Positions 1 to 10,962 of a stretch of 64,000 nucleotides of DNA are shown here, piece by piece. The DNA lies in NCBI GenBank assembly GCA_030603365.1, contig JAUVXV010000003.1:1-64000 (forward strand). Direction: 5' to 3'. This DNA is from Candidatus Heimdallarchaeota archaeon (GTDB taxonomy: Archaea > Asgardarchaeota > Heimdallarchaeia > Heimdallarchaeales > Heimdallarchaeaceae). A model generated the notes under the pieces. It ran no database searches. It had not been told where the DNA came from and saw only the letters and a list, made by a program, of their open reading frames with translations. Numbering within the stretch: position 1 is the first letter of the stretch; each line of letters begins with the position of its first letter. Both the position numbers and the translations under genes were made by a program.

Positions 1-144
1 TTTATTTCAAATATTGAGCCACTCAAAGTATTTGTTTTCAAATTTTCTCAAACTTGGCAATATATATTCTGGTTCTTTTTATAGCTATTTCTCACTGTAT
101 ACTTGGCTACTTCTAGTAGCACAATAATTGAGAGATGATAAAAA

Positions 145-1661
145 ATGAATAATAAAAAAATATTAAGTCTAATAGTTACAACTATTATGGTTTTCTCACT
201 AGCAGGAATGATTCCAACTATGCTAGTACAGGGAGATTCAGGTATGGAGTAACAATAAACGAACCAACAGGAACTACAGAAGTTCTGTTCTATAACAAAC
301 TAACTGTCAATTTCACTGTTACCAAAGGAGCTGCTCCATGGATTTATACTGGTGCACATATCTATCTTGATAACTGAGCAGTTGATTCTACATCTGGTGG
401 TCTAAGTTCTCCTTTTGTAAAAACCTACTATCCTGAAGGATACGCAGGAGCTCACTTTGTCAGAGTTGAAGCTCACTTTGTTAGAGGATGGCAAGATACC
501 GAAGATAAATCAGATACAGCTGGCTACATTGTCAGGATTGCTGTAAATACAACGAATATCGAAGATTTACGTATAGACAAACTCCATGACTACGAGAGCA
601 ATAAAGGATTTCTTGATGGTGATGGAATAAACATCTGTATCATCGATGATAAACTTGGTGCAGATGATAGCTATTCAGGCTTTCACAAATCATTAATTCG
701 TTCAGGAAAGAATGATATCTACGATAATTCTGATAGAAAATATATTGATATCCAATATTATGAATATAATTCCGACTTGGAAACCTTTGAACAAAACTGG
801 GATGCTACAACTAGAGAAGGTAAATGGGAAGAATTATTCAACGAGAATGAAGGTGATTATGATGAAGAGGGCGATATCCATGGAACTTACCATTTTGCAA
901 CTTTGAGACAAATCGCCCCAGGAGCTAATTATACATTCATTGAAGTAGGCGATTATTTTGCAATTAAAGCTCTAGCTATTAGTTGGATAGCTGCAAACTA
1001 TTCAGCTTTTAACTTAGATTTTGACATAATAAGTTTTGCATCAACAGGTTCATCATCATGGCAGGAAGATATTGAGACTATTGTGGATTACGGTGTTTTA
1101 TTTGTGTCAGCAGCTGGTAATGAAGGAATTGAAATGGATGGTTTTCCAGGTGATGGTATTGGTAGGTACCCACAGTGTTTCAATTCAACTATTGGTGTAA
1201 CAGGCGTAACTAATAGTTATTACTCCAATTCATCTCATACTTGGAAACAAGAAGAAGGTGTTAATTGGGGTTATGGTATCGATATTGCTTGTATATCCAA
1301 TCGCACAATATTGGATTGGGCACCTGTTCCATATGATTCTGAATTTGGTGGAACGAGTAATGCTGAAGCCATAGTTGCTGGTATCATGGCACTAGTAGAA
1401 GAATATCAAGACAACTATAAATCTGCTAATGATCTGGATATATTCAGAGCTCACACAACTTTAAAGAATACAAGTGATGCTCCTAATACTCCTCCTAGAT
1501 TACAGAATGCTACAGAAATTGCAGGATATTATTCAGGTGTCAGCAGTAATTATTCCGCATTTCCTTATATAAAACATTATACCTTGTATGAAACCTATTA
1601 TTATGGCTGGGGAATCATAGATGCTTACGAATTTTGGAAATATTTCAAAAATAATTACTAG
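145..1661 (+). pseudogene. Disrupted secreted subtilisin-like (S8) serine protease
   Basis: ATG145 opens a signal peptide (MNNKKILSLIVTTIMVFSLAG...) that stops at about 252. A frameshift near 241-243 leads into the frame of ORF 777..1661, which has an in-frame TGA at 375-377. That frame holds DGDGINICIIDD (Asp), DIHGT (His), AAGNE (oxyanion Asn) and GGTSNA (Ser). Confidence 0.8.
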
Positions 1662-1710
1662 CATCTTCCCTTCTTTTTTTTAGATATATTCTCCTACTGT
1701 CACATTTTTT

Positions 1711-2421
1711 CTATCTTATCTTTGATTTCTTCTTTCTTAGTTTCAAAAATAGGGTGTTTGCCACGAGTAGTAATATGACAGACAATTGTTTTAGACTTGT
1801 TTCTGTTGTGGAGATTTCTGTTGTGGAGATCTCTGTGTCTTGATTAATGTCAAACACTTCGGTACTATTATCATACTCGTTGAAATAAGTCATATTAGTC
1901 TCTGTAACATTAATTATCATCTTTTGACAAACTACAGGTACAGGAACGGAACTGCTATTTTTATAATCAAACCATAATGTATATTCTCCCATAGGAAGGT
2001 TTTCTACTTCTTCAGGATAGTTAAAGATTATCATCTCAAATGAGAACGTGTCTCTTTTTACTCCTGGTACTAAAGTAAAAGTTCCTGTTATCCATTCTAG
2101 AGTAAAAGCCAAGCTGACTTCCATGCTTTTATTTGCTAGATTTGTTGTTAATTGTGGAAAAGGATAAGGAGTACATCCATAAGTTATGGTAATATTGTTA
2201 GAAGTTGGATTTTCTGTTTCAATAATCATTGGGATTAAGAATATAGTATAGTTATGAGTACTCTGTTCAAAAAAATACACTATTGGTGTATCTGCTTCTA
2301 CTATCCTCGTTATTAGATAATCCCCTTCTTCTCCCCATGTTTCTTTATTATTTCTTAAACCAAACAATACTGTACTGACTAGTAAGATAGAGATAAGTTT
2401 CTGTTTAGTGCTTTTCTTCAT
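1711..2421 (-). CDS. Secreted/membrane-anchored hypothetical protein
   Basis: Signal peptide from MKKSTKQKLISILLV (ATG2421). Thr/Ser-rich linker, then C-terminal TM helix and basic tail KLRKKKSKIR. Confidence 0.7.
   Translation of the reverse strand: MKKSTKQKLISILLVSTVLFGLRNNKETWGEEGDYLITRIVEADTPIVYFFEQSTHNYTIFLIPMIIETENPTSNNITITYGCTPYPFPQLTTNLANKSMEVSLAFTLEWITGTFTLVPGVKRDTFSFEMIIFNYPEEVENLPMGEYTLWFDYKNSSSVPVPVVCQKMIINVTETNMTYFNEYDNSTEVFDINQDTEISTTEISTTETSLKQLSVILLLVANTLFLKLRKKKSKIR
1800..1836. repeat. 15-bp tandem repeat TTTCTGTTGTGGAGA (two copies plus a partial) encoding the TEIST linker
   Basis: Exact copies at 1800-1814 and 1815-1829; the protein reads TEISTTEISTTETS. Confidence 0.8.
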
Positions 2422-3102
2422 ATTTCTAACCCAATGCAAATCCTTTTACTGTTTTCTATTATCTAATTCTTCATTTCGATATTTAAAGTTACATCAATTT
2501 TTCTGATTATGTTCTCTTATTATCTTCATTATTTTTCAAAGATATATGCTAAAAAGAAGAAACAGGCTTTCACGACAGATCTAGCCAAGTCTGATTTTGG
2601 AGATGAAATGGAATTACTAGTCAGAATGTGTATGTCTTTACCATCCTTTTTTTCTATGTTGATAAAAACTCGGGTGAATCCTTGTTGCTGATTTTCTTTA
2701 ATAAGTAATATATTGAAGAAATGTTTTTGGGTTCTCATTCTGATTTTGGCAAGTATGTAACAAAGTGTGAAAAATTTCACAGTTTTATATCTAACTAGTC
2801 AGAATTAAATATAAATTCAACAGAAGTGCTTCTACTTTATTTTTACCAACTTTATACAAGTAAGTGCATAAGGTGAAAGTTACCGTTAGAAAAATACTGT
2901 TCCTTCAATATTAGTCATTTTAGTGACAAGTGTTATTGTTCCCATTTTTGTTTCTAGAGAAGCTCATTGTTATGAATTTAGTTGGATTCCCTCATAAATT
3001 TTCTTTGATTCACTGTTAACATTTATTTCTATATAACAAGTGCTTGATGTTGATACTGGAATTCTTAAAACTGTAGTCCCCCTAACTATCATGTGTAAGT
3101 AG

Positions 3103-3960
3103 GTGGTAATTAAGATGGTTTCAGATAAGAAAGAGATACTTATTTTTCAAATCGATGCATTTGCAAATGAAGCTTTTCAAGGTAATCCTGCTGCAGTTTG
3201 CATTCTTACTCAAGAATATGATGATTACATTCTTCAACAAATAGCTGCAGAAATGAACTTGTCAGAAACAGCTTTTGTTTATATTAAAGATATGTCTTCG
3301 GTTACTCAAGAAAATACCTTCCCTCTGAGATGGTTTACTCCACAAGTTGAAGTGAATCTTTGTGGTCATGCTACCTTAGCTACTGCAGCAGTAATGTTTC
3401 ATGAAGTTGGTATAAAATTTGATGAAGTTTTTTTTGATACACTAAGTGGAAGATTATCTGCAAAAAGAGTAAAAGAAGGAATAGCACTTAATTTTCCAAA
3501 AAATGAACCTGAACAGATTTCTGCTCCAGATGAGCTCTTAGATGCTTTAGGTATCAATAAATATGTAAACGCAGCTTATGCGGAAGGAGTTACAGATCTT
3601 TTAATTGAGTTGGAAACTGAACTGGAAGTTAAATACCTAAAACCAAATTTTGCAAGATTAACTAAACTCGAGCTTGACAATAAGATAAGAGGAGTAATGG
3701 TTACAGCAAAAGGAAATAATGAGATAGATTTTGTCTCTCGTTTCTTTGCACCTTGGGTAGGAATAAATGAAGACCCTGTGACAGGATCTGCTCATACTAT
3801 TCTCGCTCCATATTGGTCTAAGAAACTCCATAAAAATGAGATGAATGCAAGTCAAATTTCTGAAAGAGGTGGAAAACTTACAGTTAGGGTTCTAGAAGAC
3901 CAAAGAGTTGAGATTATAGGAGAAACCAGATTAGTACTGAAGGGAGAGTTGTTCTTATAG
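3103..3960 (+). CDS. PhzF-family isomerase/epimerase
   Basis: IDAF...GNPAAV, EMNLSETAF, LRWFTP..EVNLCGHATLA and EDPVTGSAH motifs. Confidence 0.92.
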   Translation: MVIKMVSDKKEILIFQIDAFANEAFQGNPAAVCILTQEYDDYILQQIAAEMNLSETAFVYIKDMSSVTQENTFPLRWFTPQVEVNLCGHATLATAAVMFHEVGIKFDEVFFDTLSGRLSAKRVKEGIALNFPKNEPEQISAPDELLDALGINKYVNAAYAEGVTDLLIELETELEVKYLKPNFARLTKLELDNKIRGVMVTAKGNNEIDFVSRFFAPWVGINEDPVTGSAHTILAPYWSKKLHKNEMNASQISERGGKLTVRVLEDQRVEIIGETRLVLKGELFL

Positions 3961-4665
3961 TTACTCTTCTACTTCTAAAACTTCAGTTTCTTTTTCCTCT
4001 TCATGTTTTTCCTTTGCTTCTTTACTAGCTTTCATATGATCTTTTATCCCATTTATCTGCTTATCAATTAATTCATTTAATTTTTTTGATCTAATTGTAG
4101 TATTCTTCATAGGGTCACAAGGAGGATCTGCAGTGTGCAACGAACATGTTTCGCAAAGATCTAAATTAGCTCTTTTCCCCCTAATAATAAAGAATAGTGC
4201 TAATTCAAAAGGTATGAAACCTATTAGTATCAACCTTATCCACCAAGTAGGACCTAATATGATTATTGACAAATAGGCTCCAATTCCTAAGCCAAAAGAC
4301 GCTCGGAAAAATGCCTTCAACCATTTGTTCTTAGGTCGAATAAATATGTGCAACGATAGAGCCGCAATTCCGTAAAGATAAACAATAGGAAGTATGATTG
4401 GATACGTTCTAAAAAATGTATTAGCTGAAAAGAAAGCAATTAGTGCTGCTCCTATCATTGAATAGAAACTTGTACAACCAACACAAAGTTTGACCCGACC
4501 AATTTTAAAATAATGGTTCTTATAAACACTACAAGTTGGGTGGTGTGCAAAATTCTGCCATGATGTGAGTTTAAACATTGCCCATATTACTCTAAGAGGA
4601 GTAACCTTAGTGAGATATATTTTTTCTGAAAGATATGGCGTTTCAATTTGCTCTTCTTTTATCAT
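3961..4665 (-). CDS. Membrane protein with His/Cys metal-binding motif (DUF2085-like)
   Basis: HHPTC...HYFKIG..LCVGC followed by four TM helices and a CxxC...C motif. Confidence 0.6.
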   Translation of the reverse strand: MIKEEQIETPYLSEKIYLTKVTPLRVIWAMFKLTSWQNFAHHPTCSVYKNHYFKIGRVKLCVGCTSFYSMIGAALIAFFSANTFFRTYPIILPIVYLYGIAALSLHIFIRPKNKWLKAFFRASFGLGIGAYLSIIILGPTWWIRLILIGFIPFELALFFIIRGKRANLDLCETCSLHTADPPCDPMKNTTIRSKKLNELIDKQINGIKDHMKASKEAKEKHEEEKETEVLEVEE

Positions 4666-4772
4666 ATAAACGTCAAGCTCGCTAGAATAGGTTTTATGGT
4701 GATAAAGTGTGCTCTTTTTAAAACATTTTCTGTAGAATAAAAGAAGAAAAAGAAAAAGAAAAAAATTTTGAA

Positions 4773-5057
4773 TTATGCCTTTGGAAATAGGTCAGGCACA
4801 TCATCAGTTGCTGCTAGGAAGTACATATATAGATGTCCTATCCATTTTGCAATTCTCAATACGAAATCATAATGTAATTTGAACCTCTTACCCATTATTA
4901 AAACTGTGATACAATTAATAAAGAAGGTAATACCAATGATGAAATTGAAAATCATCATTACTAATCCAATAATTAAGCCGTATAGAATTTGCAACAGAGG
5001 TCTGATGATACAGAAGTTTAATCTGCTTGCTGCTTCTTTAAAACCAGGTAGCGACAT
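4773..5057 (-). CDS. Small membrane protein, DUF4389-like
   Basis: EAASRLNF.IRPLL start, two TM segments, and a Y..AATDDVPDLFP ending. Confidence 0.6.
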   Translation of the reverse strand: MSLPGFKEAASRLNFCIIRPLLQILYGLIIGLVMMIFNFIIGITFFINCITVLIMGKRFKLHYDFVLRIAKWIGHLYMYFLAATDDVPDLFPKA

Positions 5058-5284
5058 AGTAATTTAATTAGGAATTTGCTCCTATATAAAATTATGTGCG
5101 ACTTCATGCACAGTGTATCAAGAATGTCTCTGGTGTGAAATCAAATCGCACACTTTTATTTTCTTTTATAAAGAGTAGTACGAAACGTCATTTCGAATTT
5201 TCTCGAAATTATAATTACATTTCCATAAACATGGAATTACTGTTTCACTGTATTTTTGATAAGTGTTGGTGTGCTTATTAACTC

Positions 5285-6310
5285 ATGAAAGTTCTGGTAA
5301 CAGGGGCATTTGGTAATGTGGGTCAGAATGTAATAAGTATCCTCCTTGAGCGGGGTTACTCAGTGCGTTGCTTTGACTTGAAAAATACTCGTAATATGAG
5401 AGTAAAAAATAGATTACTTAGAAAAGGAAAATTTGAAGTCATCTGGGGTGACATTCGAGATTCTAAAATTACTAAACAGTTAGTACAAGAAGTAGAATTC
5501 ATAATTCATCTAGCAGCAATAATTCCACCACTAGCATACAAAATTCCCAAAATTGCTTATGATGTGAATGTCAAAGGTTCAATAAATTTGATTAAAGCTG
5601 CAGAAAGGATGAAGAATCCTCCTAAATTTATTTATGCTTCATCTATTGCAGTTCATGGGAATAGGATGGAAAAGAAACCTCCAACAAAAGTAGATGATCC
5701 ACTTGCACCTCTTGATTATGATAATTATGCTAAACATAAGATTGAGGTTGAGAAGTATCTACAAAAAACAACTATACCTTGGACAATATTAAGATTTGCT
5801 GCAATTACTCCCTATGAATTAGGATGGGAAATTCCAGATATAATGTATGATATACCTTTAGATCAAAGAATAGAGGTAGCAGATACAAGGGATGTTGCAT
5901 TAGCCTGTGTAAACTCGTTAATAGCAGAAACTATAGGTAAGACTTTGTTTATCGGTGGAGGAGAAGGCAATCAATTATATCAAAGAGATTATGTTTCATT
6001 AATCTTAGAAGCAGTAGGAATAGGAATGCTTCCCGAAGAAGCTTTCAAAAAAGCAAAGAGTTTAGATGACTACTATCATTGTGACTGGATGGATACAAAA
6101 GAAGCACAAGAAATACTCCATTTTCAAAGGTTTACATTTACAGATTTCATAAAGAAATTTAGGAAAAAAGTAAGTTTCAGAAGATTCATTATAACAATCT
6201 TCAGACCTTTAGTACGCGCAATACTCTTGGCTAAATCTCCATACATCACAAAATCTAAAAAGAACAAATCCAGAAATAAAACTAGAGAAAGACGTTCAAC
6301 AGCTAGTTGA
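5285..6310 (+). CDS. NAD-dependent epimerase/dehydratase (extended SDR)
   Basis: VLVTGAFGNVG Rossmann motif, HLAA, and YAKHK (YxxxK). Confidence 0.88.
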   Translation: MKVLVTGAFGNVGQNVISILLERGYSVRCFDLKNTRNMRVKNRLLRKGKFEVIWGDIRDSKITKQLVQEVEFIIHLAAIIPPLAYKIPKIAYDVNVKGSINLIKAAERMKNPPKFIYASSIAVHGNRMEKKPPTKVDDPLAPLDYDNYAKHKIEVEKYLQKTTIPWTILRFAAITPYELGWEIPDIMYDIPLDQRIEVADTRDVALACVNSLIAETIGKTLFIGGGEGNQLYQRDYVSLILEAVGIGMLPEEAFKKAKSLDDYYHCDWMDTKEAQEILHFQRFTFTDFIKKFRKKVSFRRFIITIFRPLVRAILLAKSPYITKSKKNKSRNKTRERRSTAS

Positions 6311-6498
6311 ACTATAGTTTTCTTTTTTCTTATTTTGATTGTAAATTATTATTCAGAAGTATACTGAAATTTTCACTCAGTAAAAAGTTTTTCAAAATGG
6401 TAAAATATATATATCAGTAAATGACATCTAAAACAGAAATGCTAACAAGAGCTTAGCAAAAATCATTATAAAAAATAAGTATCATATTAGGTGATTTA

Positions 6499-8382
6499 AT
6501 GAGCAAAGATACAAAGAAAGAACTCGTTGTAGGTATTGATTTAGGTACAACTAATTCTGGTATAGCATACATGGTTGCTGGAAAACCTGAAATTATCCCC
6601 AATATTGAAGGCGGAAGATTAACTCCCAGTGTTATTACATTTAATGAGGATGGTAATCGTTATATCGGGATTCAGGCAAAAAGACAGGCAATTGCTATAC
6701 CTGATCGTACTGTCAGATCAATTAAAAGGAAAATGGGTACAGATTACAAATTTACAGTTGATGGCAAAGATTATCGTCCAGAAGAAATTTCTGCCATGAT
6801 TTTATCTAAGATGATAGATGATGCTGAAGTTTATTTAAGTCAGAAAATAGAAAAAGCTGTTATTACAGTTCCAGCTTATTTCAGTGATTCACAGCGACAA
6901 GCTACCAAAGATGCTGGTGAAATTGCTGGTTTAGATGTTTTAAGAATAGTTAACGAACCTACTGCTAGTGCCTTGGCATATGGTTTAGATAAAACAGAAG
7001 CTGAAAGAGTTCTTGTTTTTGACCTTGGTGGTGGAACTTTTGATGTTTCCATTCTTGAACTTGATGGTGGATTATTCAAAGTTATTGCAACTTCAGGTAA
7101 TAATCTCTTGGGTGGAGATGACTTTGATCAAAAAATCATAGATTGGATGGTTGTAGAATTCAAGAAAAAAGAAGGTATTGATTTATCTAAAGACCCCAAG
7201 GTAGTTCAAAGACTCAAAGATGCAGCTGAAGAAGCTAAAATGGAACTAACTTCAAAATTAAAGACAAACATCAGTCTCCCCTATATCACGGCTGATGCTA
7301 CTGGCCCCAAACATCTTGATTTAGAATTATCAAGAGCTAAGTTTGAAGATATGTCTAAAGATTTAGTAGAGAAATGTGCAGGACCTTCAAGACAAGCGAT
7401 GAAGGATGCAAAAATCAAAGCTAGTGACTTAGATCAAGTGATTCTTGTAGGTGGAGCTACTCGTATGCCAATGATTAGAGATATGGCAAAAGATTTGTTC
7501 GAGAAGGAACCTCATAAGGGTGTGGCTCCTGAAGAAGTTGTAGCTTTAGGTGCTGCAGTACAAGCTGCAGTTCTAGCTGGAGAAGTTAAAGATATCTTGC
7601 TTCTAGATGTTACACCATTATCTCTAGGTGTCGAAACACTAGGAAATGTAATGACTCCTTTGGTTGAGAGAAACACAACCATTCCTGTTACAAAGAAGAA
7701 TGTATTTACTACAGCTGCAGATATGCAAACATCTGTTGAAGTTCATGTTTTACAAGGTGAACGAACAATGGCTGCTGATAACATCACATTGGGTAGATTC
7801 CAATTAGTAGGTATTCCTGCTGCCCCACGTGGTGTTCCACAGGTAGAAGTATCATTCGATATGGATGCTAATGGCATACTCCAAGTTTCAGCAAAAGATC
7901 TAGGCACTGGGAAGAAACAGAGTATTGTAATTCAATCCTCACATCTATCTGATAGTGATATTGAGAAAATGAAAGTTGATGCAGAAAAGTACAAGGAAGA
8001 AGATGCAAAGCGTAAAGAAGAAATCGAAATTCGAAACACAGCTGAACAAGTCATCTATTCCACTGAAAAAGCTATCAAAGATTTGGAAGAAAAAATAACT
8101 GATTCTGAAAAGAAATCACTTGAAGATAAAATAGAAGTTCTCAAGAAGAACATGGAAACTGATGATTTTGAGAAGATAAAAGCAACAACAGATGAACTTA
8201 TGGAAGAAATGATGCAAATATCTCAAAGAGTCTATGCAGAGACAGGGCAAGCTCCTGATGCAACAGGTCCTCAACCAGGTGATTATGGTCCTGGAGCTCA
8301 ACAAGAACCTGCTCCAAAACAATCAGATATCGATGAAGAACAAGTTATAGATGTAGATTATGAACCAGTTGAAGATGATTAA
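6499..8382 (+). CDS. dnaK: Chaperone DnaK (Hsp70)
   Basis: [38 protein letters not shown]. Confidence 0.98.
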   Translation: MSKDTKKELVVGIDLGTTNSGIAYMVAGKPEIIPNIEGGRLTPSVITFNEDGNRYIGIQAKRQAIAIPDRTVRSIKRKMGTDYKFTVDGKDYRPEEISAMILSKMIDDAEVYLSQKIEKAVITVPAYFSDSQRQATKDAGEIAGLDVLRIVNEPTASALAYGLDKTEAERVLVFDLGGGTFDVSILELDGGLFKVIATSGNNLLGGDDFDQKIIDWMVVEFKKKEGIDLSKDPKVVQRLKDAAEEAKMELTSKLKTNISLPYITADATGPKHLDLELSRAKFEDMSKDLVEKCAGPSRQAMKDAKIKASDLDQVILVGGATRMPMIRDMAKDLFEKEPHKGVAPEEVVALGAAVQAAVLAGEVKDILLLDVTPLSLGVETLGNVMTPLVERNTTIPVTKKNVFTTAADMQTSVEVHVLQGERTMAADNITLGRFQLVGIPAAPRGVPQVEVSFDMDANGILQVSAKDLGTGKKQSIVIQSSHLSDSDIEKMKVDAEKYKEEDAKRKEEIEIRNTAEQVIYSTEKAIKDLEEKITDSEKKSLEDKIEVLKKNMETDDFEKIKATTDELMEEMMQISQRVYAETGQAPDATGPQPGDYGPGAQQEPAPKQSDIDEEQVIDVDYEPVEDD

Positions 8383-8476
8383 TATCACCTTCCATTTTCA
8401 TTTCTCCTCAATCGATACTATTTTTATTACTTCTCTATTTTTTATCCTAATATCTCCTAAATGTTGAGGATTCAAA

Positions 8477-9652
8477 ATGTCTAAAAAAAGAGATTATTAT
8501 GAGGTTTTAGGAATATCTAAGGATGCCAATGAATCACAGATAAAAAAAGCTTTTAGACAAAAGGCAATGCAATATCATCCTGATAGAAATCCTGATAATC
8601 CTGAAGCATCTGAGAAATTCAAAGAAGCAACTGAAGCGTACGATATTTTATCAAATCCAGAAAAAAGATCATCGTATGATAGATTTGGTTTTGCTGCTGT
8701 TCAATCTGATTTTTCATCTGTGAATGTAGGAGATTTCTCAACCTTCTCTGATTTGTTCTCTTCCCTCTTCAGAGACGATTTCTCTGGTGACGATATATTC
8801 AGCCAATTCTTTGGAGGAAGAGGTCGTTCTCGTCGTCCTTCAGGTCCTCAAAAGGGTTCTGATTTATTAATGGATTACAGAATTACTTTTGAGGAAGCTA
8901 TTTATGGAACAAAAAAAATTGTTGAAGTTCCAATTAAGAAGGAATGTGAGACTTGTCAGGGTTCAGGTGCTCAAGACGGTACATCGCCAAAGAGTTGTCC
9001 CAACTGTCAGGGTTCAGGTGTTGAAACTGTGCAAAGACAAATGGGTTTTACCAGATATATTTCTCAACAAGCATGTAGTAGATGTAGGGGACAGGGTATG
9101 ATAATCAATAAACCATGTAAAACATGTAACGGGTCTGGTAGATCTAGAGATAATGAGAAAATTAAACTGGAAATTCCACCTGGTGTAGACTCAGGTTTTA
9201 GACTAAGAATTAGAAACAAAGGAGAAGAAGGAAGACTTAATGGTCCCAGAGGAGATCTATATGTCCGATTGATTGCTGAGACTCACGAATTCTACAAGAG
9301 GCAGGGAGATAACATAATCGTTGAGATAGAGATTCCTTTTGCAATGTCTGTTCTTGGTGGTGAAATGGAAATACCTACACCTTATGGAACAGAGAAGATC
9401 AAAATTCCTAAAAAAACAAAGGAAGGTCAAATTCTTCGATTACAAAGAAAAGGAATTCAACGAAAAACACAATACGGGATGAATTATGGCGATTTTCTTA
9501 TTCTTGTTCATTATCATATTCCAAGTAAAATGACAGATGAGGAGAAAGAACTTCTACAGCAATTGAAAGACATTTCACCACTACCTCCAAAGCAAGTAAA
9601 ACTGTTTAAAAAGCTAATACAAGATTCCAAGAGAAACAAAGTAGATGCTTAA
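8477..9652 (+). CDS. dnaJ: Chaperone DnaJ
   Basis: J-domain with HPD, G/F-rich region, four CxxCxGxG repeats, C-terminal domain. Confidence 0.98.
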   Translation: MSKKRDYYEVLGISKDANESQIKKAFRQKAMQYHPDRNPDNPEASEKFKEATEAYDILSNPEKRSSYDRFGFAAVQSDFSSVNVGDFSTFSDLFSSLFRDDFSGDDIFSQFFGGRGRSRRPSGPQKGSDLLMDYRITFEEAIYGTKKIVEVPIKKECETCQGSGAQDGTSPKSCPNCQGSGVETVQRQMGFTRYISQQACSRCRGQGMIINKPCKTCNGSGRSRDNEKIKLEIPPGVDSGFRLRIRNKGEEGRLNGPRGDLYVRLIAETHEFYKRQGDNIIVEIEIPFAMSVLGGEMEIPTPYGTEKIKIPKKTKEGQILRLQRKGIQRKTQYGMNYGDFLILVHYHIPSKMTDEEKELLQQLKDISPLPPKQVKLFKKLIQDSKRNKVDA

Positions 9653-9702
9653 TCGACCTATTACTTCAGATACTTTTTTATTTCTAAGCTCATATTTATT
9701 TA

Positions 9703-10500
9703 TTGATGAGTGAAGAATTTGTTCGCTGTTCAGAATGTGGGAACCTCAATATTCAAGGTTCTACACGATGTGTTTTTTGTGATAATCCAATTATAAAGGA
9801 AGAGGCTGAAGCACTGAAAGAAGAGTTACCTGTAATTCCCAGTGCTCCTACAGTTGAAGGGATTCCTGCTCCTGGAGATTCACAAGAAGAGAGTATAGAA
9901 AAAGCTTCACCCAAAATCCCAGATATTGAAATTGCTAAAGTAGAACCAAAAAAGAAAGGAGTTGTTATCAAAGACGATACAATTAAGGAACACTCTTTTA
10001 CACGGAAATTCTTTATGATATCATTGTACACAATCCTTATTTCGGCTGTACATTATCTCTTGAATCTTTTGGTTTCAGTAATTTCTGTAAGAATCGATAA
10101 CAATAATGTTAATGCTTACCCACTAAGTAGTGATTTAAATCAATATATTGGAATTAGCGTGGTTAGTATAGTCTTGGGAATACCTTTCGCAATTGCTATT
10201 GGCTATATACTTGGTAAAGTAATTCGAAAATTCACAACCAAGAAATCAAGTTTAATAAAGTGGTTCAGTTACGCTGTTTTTCTAGATTTGATAATCAATA
10301 CAGTCATTGCTCTTGGTTTAATATTGGCATTTAATGCGTTAGCTGAGAAGGATATCCTATTTCTCAAACTTGCAGGATCTGCATTCATCTTTGTAACAGT
10401 CAGTATCATTACACTGTTTATACCCATGATTTCTGGATCATTTCTTTTTTTCAGCAAAGTAGACAAAATATTCTTTCCTAAGAAATATGCTGAACTCTAA
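9703..10500 (+). CDS. Zinc-ribbon plus multi-TM membrane protein
   Basis: N-terminal CSECG...CVFC, Pro/Glu linker, about four TM helices. Confidence 0.7.
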   Translation: MMSEEFVRCSECGNLNIQGSTRCVFCDNPIIKEEAEALKEELPVIPSAPTVEGIPAPGDSQEESIEKASPKIPDIEIAKVEPKKKGVVIKDDTIKEHSFTRKFFMISLYTILISAVHYLLNLLVSVISVRIDNNNVNAYPLSSDLNQYIGISVVSIVLGIPFAIAIGYILGKVIRKFTTKKSSLIKWFSYAVFLDLIINTVIALGLILAFNALAEKDILFLKLAGSAFIFVTVSIITLFIPMISGSFLFFSKVDKIFFPKKYAEL

Positions 10501-10950
10501 ATGGTGAAATCATTGGGATTTGATGATAAACTTACAAATTTCCTGAAATATGAAATAGATTCAATTAATAAGCATCTCCCAAAAAAGAGAACTTCACTTG
10601 ACATGGCTCTGAAGGGTTTTAATCTCTATGTTAGTATGGAAAATAATCAAATCCACATTGATAAAAATGAAATTAAGTATCTCCAAGAACTATGCCCAGA
10701 GGAGAAATTAAAGAATGTACATCTTCCGATAATCATTATCCGAAGAAGAGATCTTGGATCAGGAACTTATGTAATTTCAGGAGAACTACTAGAACAGTAT
10801 TTGATTCTTAAAGCTCTAGACAAAACAACAGAGGATTGGGAGACTTTCCTAAAGGAAAAACATTCAACAAAATTATTCTTTTTATATAAACCAGATTTAA
10901 TAAAATTAAGAAAAACACTTCCTACTAGTACAGTTATAGGATTTTCCTAG
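10501..10950 (+). CDS. Archaeal DUF61-like protein
   Basis: INKHLPKKRTSL, LPIII and LRKTLPTSTVIGF resemble DUF61/UPF0216. Confidence 0.7.
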   Translation: MVKSLGFDDKLTNFLKYEIDSINKHLPKKRTSLDMALKGFNLYVSMENNQIHIDKNEIKYLQELCPEEKLKNVHLPIIIIRRRDLGSGTYVISGELLEQYLILKALDKTTEDWETFLKEKHSTKLFFLYKPDLIKLRKTLPTSTVIGFS

Positions 10951-10962
10951 AAGTGATAAAAT

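Noticed and set aside
2509-3000. Short ORFs 2509..2691 and 2529..2780, and a signal-peptide-like fragment near 2890-2997
   Set aside because: The ORFs overlap in antisense with no motifs. The fragment lacks a start codon; it may be a remnant but is unsupported.
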